A stretch of DNA of 62,620 nucleotides, counting the filler. It is 3 parts of 3 records of this genome, joined end to end, with 100 filler letters (N's around TTAATTAATTAA, not from the genome) between each part and the next. Parts side by side here need not be neighbours in the genome. Positions count along the whole stretch, not along the records: positions 58,011 to 62,620 come from SRR20825010_2887; 2 more parts are not named here. One strand, given 5' to 3'. Within the stretch, counting starts at the first letter, position 1, and each line of letters starts with the position of its first letter. Positions 59,343 to 62,620 of this stretch are shown piece after piece. Under the pieces are notes generated by a model that had not been told where the DNA came from, ran no database searches, and worked only from the letters and a program-made list of their open reading frames with translations. The position numbers and the translations under genes were made by a program.

Positions 59343-59425
59343 ATGTTGTTGGGGTTTTTCATATCTCTATTTCCCAGGAGGGAAATTGTTTTCGCCTCTA
59401 AAAAGAGGGGTTAGGGGTGTGTTAT

Positions 59426-59791
59426 CTAATTCCTAAAAATCGGTGATTTTTCAGACTTTACTTCTGTGATAAAATATTTGGTGTCGCCCAACCAGAAAAA
59501 GGTGGCGTAGCGTTCTTTGTAAGTGACTTTGATGTATTGACCTTGGAACTCCTTCATTTTTTCAATGATTTCCTTTTCGCCATCTTCCACGGAGAACGAA
59601 AACACATTGGTGCCAGATAGCCCTTGGCTGATCTGTCCTTCCCAGGTCTTGACCAAAACCCCTTTTCTACTGAATTTAATGAGTTCCCCAGAACGATACC
59701 CCTCACTATAGGGCACATAATAGATAAAGGCAAAATACCCTGCAAATCCAACTAGAATGGCAGCGATAAAAATGATCAGGAATTTTTTCAT
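59426..59791 (-). CDS. Conserved Bacteroidota membrane-anchored hypothetical protein
   Basis: N-terminal TM; YSEGYRSG.L.KFS.KG...KTWEG; GDTKYFI. Confidence 0.78.
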   Translation of the reverse strand: MKKFLIIFIAAILVGFAGYFAFIYYVPYSEGYRSGELIKFSRKGVLVKTWEGQISQGLSGTNVFSFSVEDGEKEIIEKMKEFQGQYIKVTYKERYATFFWLGDTKYFITEVKSEKSPIFRN

Positions 59792-59802
59792 GGTAGTGTT
59801 TT

Positions 59803-61116
59803 CTAATTCAGTTCTTCAAAATCGTCATCCAATGCACGCTTGAGCAATTTATCGTCTATGCTCTTACTGGCCTTGGCTCCCAAGGATTTAAGTTTTTCCA
59901 CTCGTTTGATCAGGTTGCCACGCCCTGTTAGCTTTTTCATTGTGCTTTGGTAAGTGTTTTGAACTGTTCCAATCTGATTGCCGATTTTTAAAAGCTCATC
60001 GGTCAAATTGGTAAAGGAATCGTACAGTTTGCCTGCTTCAGTGGCAATTTCAATGGCAAATCGCTTTTGTTTGTCGTTTTTCCAGAGGTTGTCCACCAGT
60101 TTTAAGGCGGCCAAAAGCGTAGATGGCGTAACAATAATCACGTCTTTCACAAAAGCATCCTCATATAAATTGGGCTCAAAAGCCGAGGCAATCGCAAAAG
60201 CAGGCTCCGTTGGTATGAACATAAAGACCGTATCTGGGCTTTCGTCAATCAAGAGTTGATAGTTCTTCTTGCTCAACTCCTCTATATGCCTCTTAATGGA
60301 ATCTATATGTTGTTTCAGGTAGATTTCCCGTTGTTTTTCATCTTCTTCGGATACGTATCTTTCGAAATGAACAATGGAAACCTTGCTGTCCACAATCATT
60401 TTTTTGCCGTCTGGTAAATGAATCAGCACATCGGTCTGGTACCTTTTCCCTTCCTCGTCCTTAAAACTGTCCTGTAGTGTATATTCACGGTCTTTGGTAA
60501 GGCCGGATTTCTCCAAAATACGTGTCAAAATCACCTCGCCCCAGTTCCCTTGCATTTTGCTATCACCTTTTAAGGCCTTGGTCAAGTTCTCCGCCTCTTG
60601 GGTAATTTTCAGGTTTTGACTGCGTAAATCCAATAATTGTTGTTTTAAAGCAGCGTGCAGACCAAAATTTTCCTGCTGGGATTTCACTACTTTTTCCTCA
60701 AACTCTTTTATTTTTTTATTGAGCGGGTCCAGTATGTTGTCGATATTTTCTTTGTTGCTCTTGGTGAACTTTTCGCTTTTTTCGTCAAGAATCTTATTGG
60801 CCAGATTTTCAAATTCTTTGGTGAATTTCTCCTGAAGTTTTTCCAGTTCCTGTTTTTGTTCCAAGAGTTTTTCTTCCAGATTGTCCGATTTGGATTCTTC
60901 TTTGGCCAGAGCGATTTCAATTTCAGATTTCCTGTTTTGAATCTCCTTTATTTCCTCTTTCAGTGAGGACTCTGTTTTTCTAAATTCGATTTCCTTGCTT
61001 TCCCAAACACTCTCTGTTGACTTGGTCTTCAGTTTTTGAATGTACATCCCCACAAACAGGCCAATGGCCAATGTAATGATGAAGCCTAAAATGATATAGA
61101 TAAGTTCTGCGCCCAT
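59803..61116 (-). CDS. rmuC: DNA recombination protein RmuC
   Basis: TM plus coiled coil; QGNWGE, DV.I.LP, IVDSK, MFIP.E and TPSTLLAAL motifs. Confidence 0.93.
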   Translation of the reverse strand: MGAELIYIILGFIITLAIGLFVGMYIQKLKTKSTESVWESKEIEFRKTESSLKEEIKEIQNRKSEIEIALAKEESKSDNLEEKLLEQKQELEKLQEKFTKEFENLANKILDEKSEKFTKSNKENIDNILDPLNKKIKEFEEKVVKSQQENFGLHAALKQQLLDLRSQNLKITQEAENLTKALKGDSKMQGNWGEVILTRILEKSGLTKDREYTLQDSFKDEEGKRYQTDVLIHLPDGKKMIVDSKVSIVHFERYVSEEDEKQREIYLKQHIDSIKRHIEELSKKNYQLLIDESPDTVFMFIPTEPAFAIASAFEPNLYEDAFVKDVIIVTPSTLLAALKLVDNLWKNDKQKRFAIEIATEAGKLYDSFTNLTDELLKIGNQIGTVQNTYQSTMKKLTGRGNLIKRVEKLKSLGAKASKSIDDKLLKRALDDDFEELN

Positions 61117-61224
61117 TAAAAAAATTCTGAAGGATAAAGATAACGGATTATAAAGATAAATATGCCATTTCAGCGAAAGCAGAAATCCACAATATTGTTC
61201 ATTGAATTAGGTTTGCCAAATGCA

Positions 61225-61242
61225 CTTCGACTACGCTCAGTG
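61225..61242. repeat. REP-like element
   Basis: CTTCGACTACGCTCAGTG, related in reverse orientation to 58051-58074 GTCAGTTCAATCGCAGTCGAGAAC. Confidence 0.55.
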
Positions 61243-61262
61243 CCCGTTGGCGCTCAGAAATT

Positions 61263-62042
61263 TTACTTGTTCACTTTAAACGAACCCGTTTTAGCATCAA
61301 ACTGCACCATTTCCGAAGGAAACAAACGGTCAAAATGTTTTTGTTCAATGAGTTGGCAAGGGTCTCCGAAAGGATTGTCTTTTCCATCCAAAATCAATAT
61401 GCGGTCGCATAACTGAATGGCCAATTCGATTTCGTGGGTAGTGAACAGGATGGTTTTCTGTTTGTCGTGGGCCAATTCTTGAAGCATTTTTAAAATCTGC
61501 ACTTTATGATACAAATCCAAATGCGTGGTGGGTTCATCCAAGAGAATCAAAGAAGTGTCCTGTGCCATCGCTCGCGCCACCAGCACCCGCTGTAACTGCC
61601 CATCACTAAGCTGGTGACATTTTCGGTGCCGTAGGTCTTTCAATAAAAAGGCATCCAAACTCGCTTCAATCTGTTGCTTGTCTTGCTTGGTCAAAGTACC
61701 GAGCCAATTGGTGTAGGGTTGTCTCCCCAAGGCAATCAATTCTTGTACGGTCAGGTTTTTGGAAGCAGGCTGCTCTGTCAACACCACGCTAAGTTCTTTG
61801 GATAGGTCGGAGGAGGTGTATTTTTCCAGATTTTGGTCTTTCAACCGGATGTTTCCATCAAGTTTAGGCTGAAATCCCCCCAATGTGCGCAGTAAAGTCG
61901 ATTTTCCGATACCGTTAATGCCCACAACACCACAGAGGATTCCAGCTTCCAAATCAAAATTGATGTTTTGTGCTATGGTTTTGGAAGCGTATCCAATGGA
62001 CAAATCGGCAATGGACAATATGTTTTTCTTCCCTTTCGCCAT
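61263..62042 (-). CDS. Iron/cobalamin chelate ABC transporter ATP-binding protein
   Basis: GINGIGKST, LSDGQ and LLDEPTTHLD motifs. Confidence 0.92.
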   Translation of the reverse strand: MAKGKKNILSIADLSIGYASKTIAQNINFDLEAGILCGVVGINGIGKSTLLRTLGGFQPKLDGNIRLKDQNLEKYTSSDLSKELSVVLTEQPASKNLTVQELIALGRQPYTNWLGTLTKQDKQQIEASLDAFLLKDLRHRKCHQLSDGQLQRVLVARAMAQDTSLILLDEPTTHLDLYHKVQILKMLQELAHDKQKTILFTTHEIELAIQLCDRILILDGKDNPFGDPCQLIEQKHFDRLFPSEMVQFDAKTGSFKVNK

Positions 62043-62620
62043 CAGAACATCATTTTACGTTTGCGGACCAAGAGCCATATTACCACAGGAGCCCCTACCA
62101 GGGATGTAATGGCGTTTATGGGCAACACGCTGGCGGAATTGGGCAGTTGCGCCAAGGTGTCGCACAACAGCATTAGAATGGCACCGTACAGCATCACTGC
62201 GGGAATCAACACTTTGTGTTCCATCGTATTGAAAATTTGACGCGTAAGATGCGGCACGGCCAAGCCCACAAAAGCAATGGGGCCTGCAAATGCAGTGATT
62301 CCACCTGCCAATAATCCGGTGGCGACAATGATGGTCAATCGGGATTTTTTCAAGGAAACACCAAGGCTTTGCGCGTAATTTTCTCCCAAAAGGAAGGCGT
62401 TCAACGATTTTATGGAGATAATACTCAGGAAAACGCCGACAGCTACGATGCTTCCCAACAAAAACAATTGATTTACGGATAGATTGCCCACGCTTCCGAA
62501 GGACCAAAAATTAAACCGCTGCAAATCCTCTGCACTGGAAAAATAGGCCAGAACGCTTACAATTGCAGAAGTGATGCTGCCGAACATCAACCCAATAATG
62601 AGTAAGGCCATAGTGTCCTT
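62042..62620 (-). CDS. FecCD/BtuC-family ABC permease, 5' end outside the window
   Basis: W.FGS, LLGENYAQSLGV and GPIAFVGLAVPH motifs. Confidence 0.92.
   Translation of the reverse strand, partial: KDTMALLIIGLMFGSITSAIVSVLAYFSSAEDLQRFNFWSFGSVGNLSVNQLFLLGSIVAVGVFLSIISIKSLNAFLLGENYAQSLGVSLKKSRLTIIVATGLLAGGITAFAGPIAFVGLAVPHLTRQIFNTMEHKVLIPAVMLYGAILMLLCDTLAQLPNSASVLPINAITSLVGAPVVIWLLVRKRKMMF

Overview
The window joins three separate Bacteroidota contigs (1-30194, 30295-57910, 58011-62620) with artificial 44N-TTAATTAATTAA-44N linkers, so gene context must not be read across the gaps. Contig 2 looks Cytophagales-like; contigs 1 and 3 look Flavobacteriaceae-like. Contig 1 runs from a probable rRNA-operon promoter through a porin, an orphan SusC/SusD pair and rnhB into a ~16 kb accessory island (about 10.9-26.4 kb), then lipB, a DUF559 insert and lysS. 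The island is the main candidate for an undescribed system. A signal-peptide and TM-anchored TPR-CHAT (caspase-like) protease lies convergent with an ECF sigma factor and a membrane TPR anti-sigma-like protein. Around them are secreted proteins and surface lipoproteins whose transcription units share a motif, GTTAACC-N15/16-YATWAA (7 copies, one over the 5' end of the sigma gene). This suggests a protease-gated ECF regulon. Contig 2 carries a YeiE/CysL-like LysR, a threonine-synthase-like PLP enzyme and a YeiH exporter (possible sulfite-handling module), a SAM-I riboswitch before metX-hom, nqrF, a frameshifted TPR histidine kinase with a LytTR regulator, a MoxR/DUF58 cluster, a TetR-thioesterase pair with visible operators, dnaK and a lipid A acyltransferase. 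Contig 3 is housekeeping (pgl, thioesterase, rmuC, FecCD-type ABC transporter). All family calls come from recognising motifs by eye, not from database searches.
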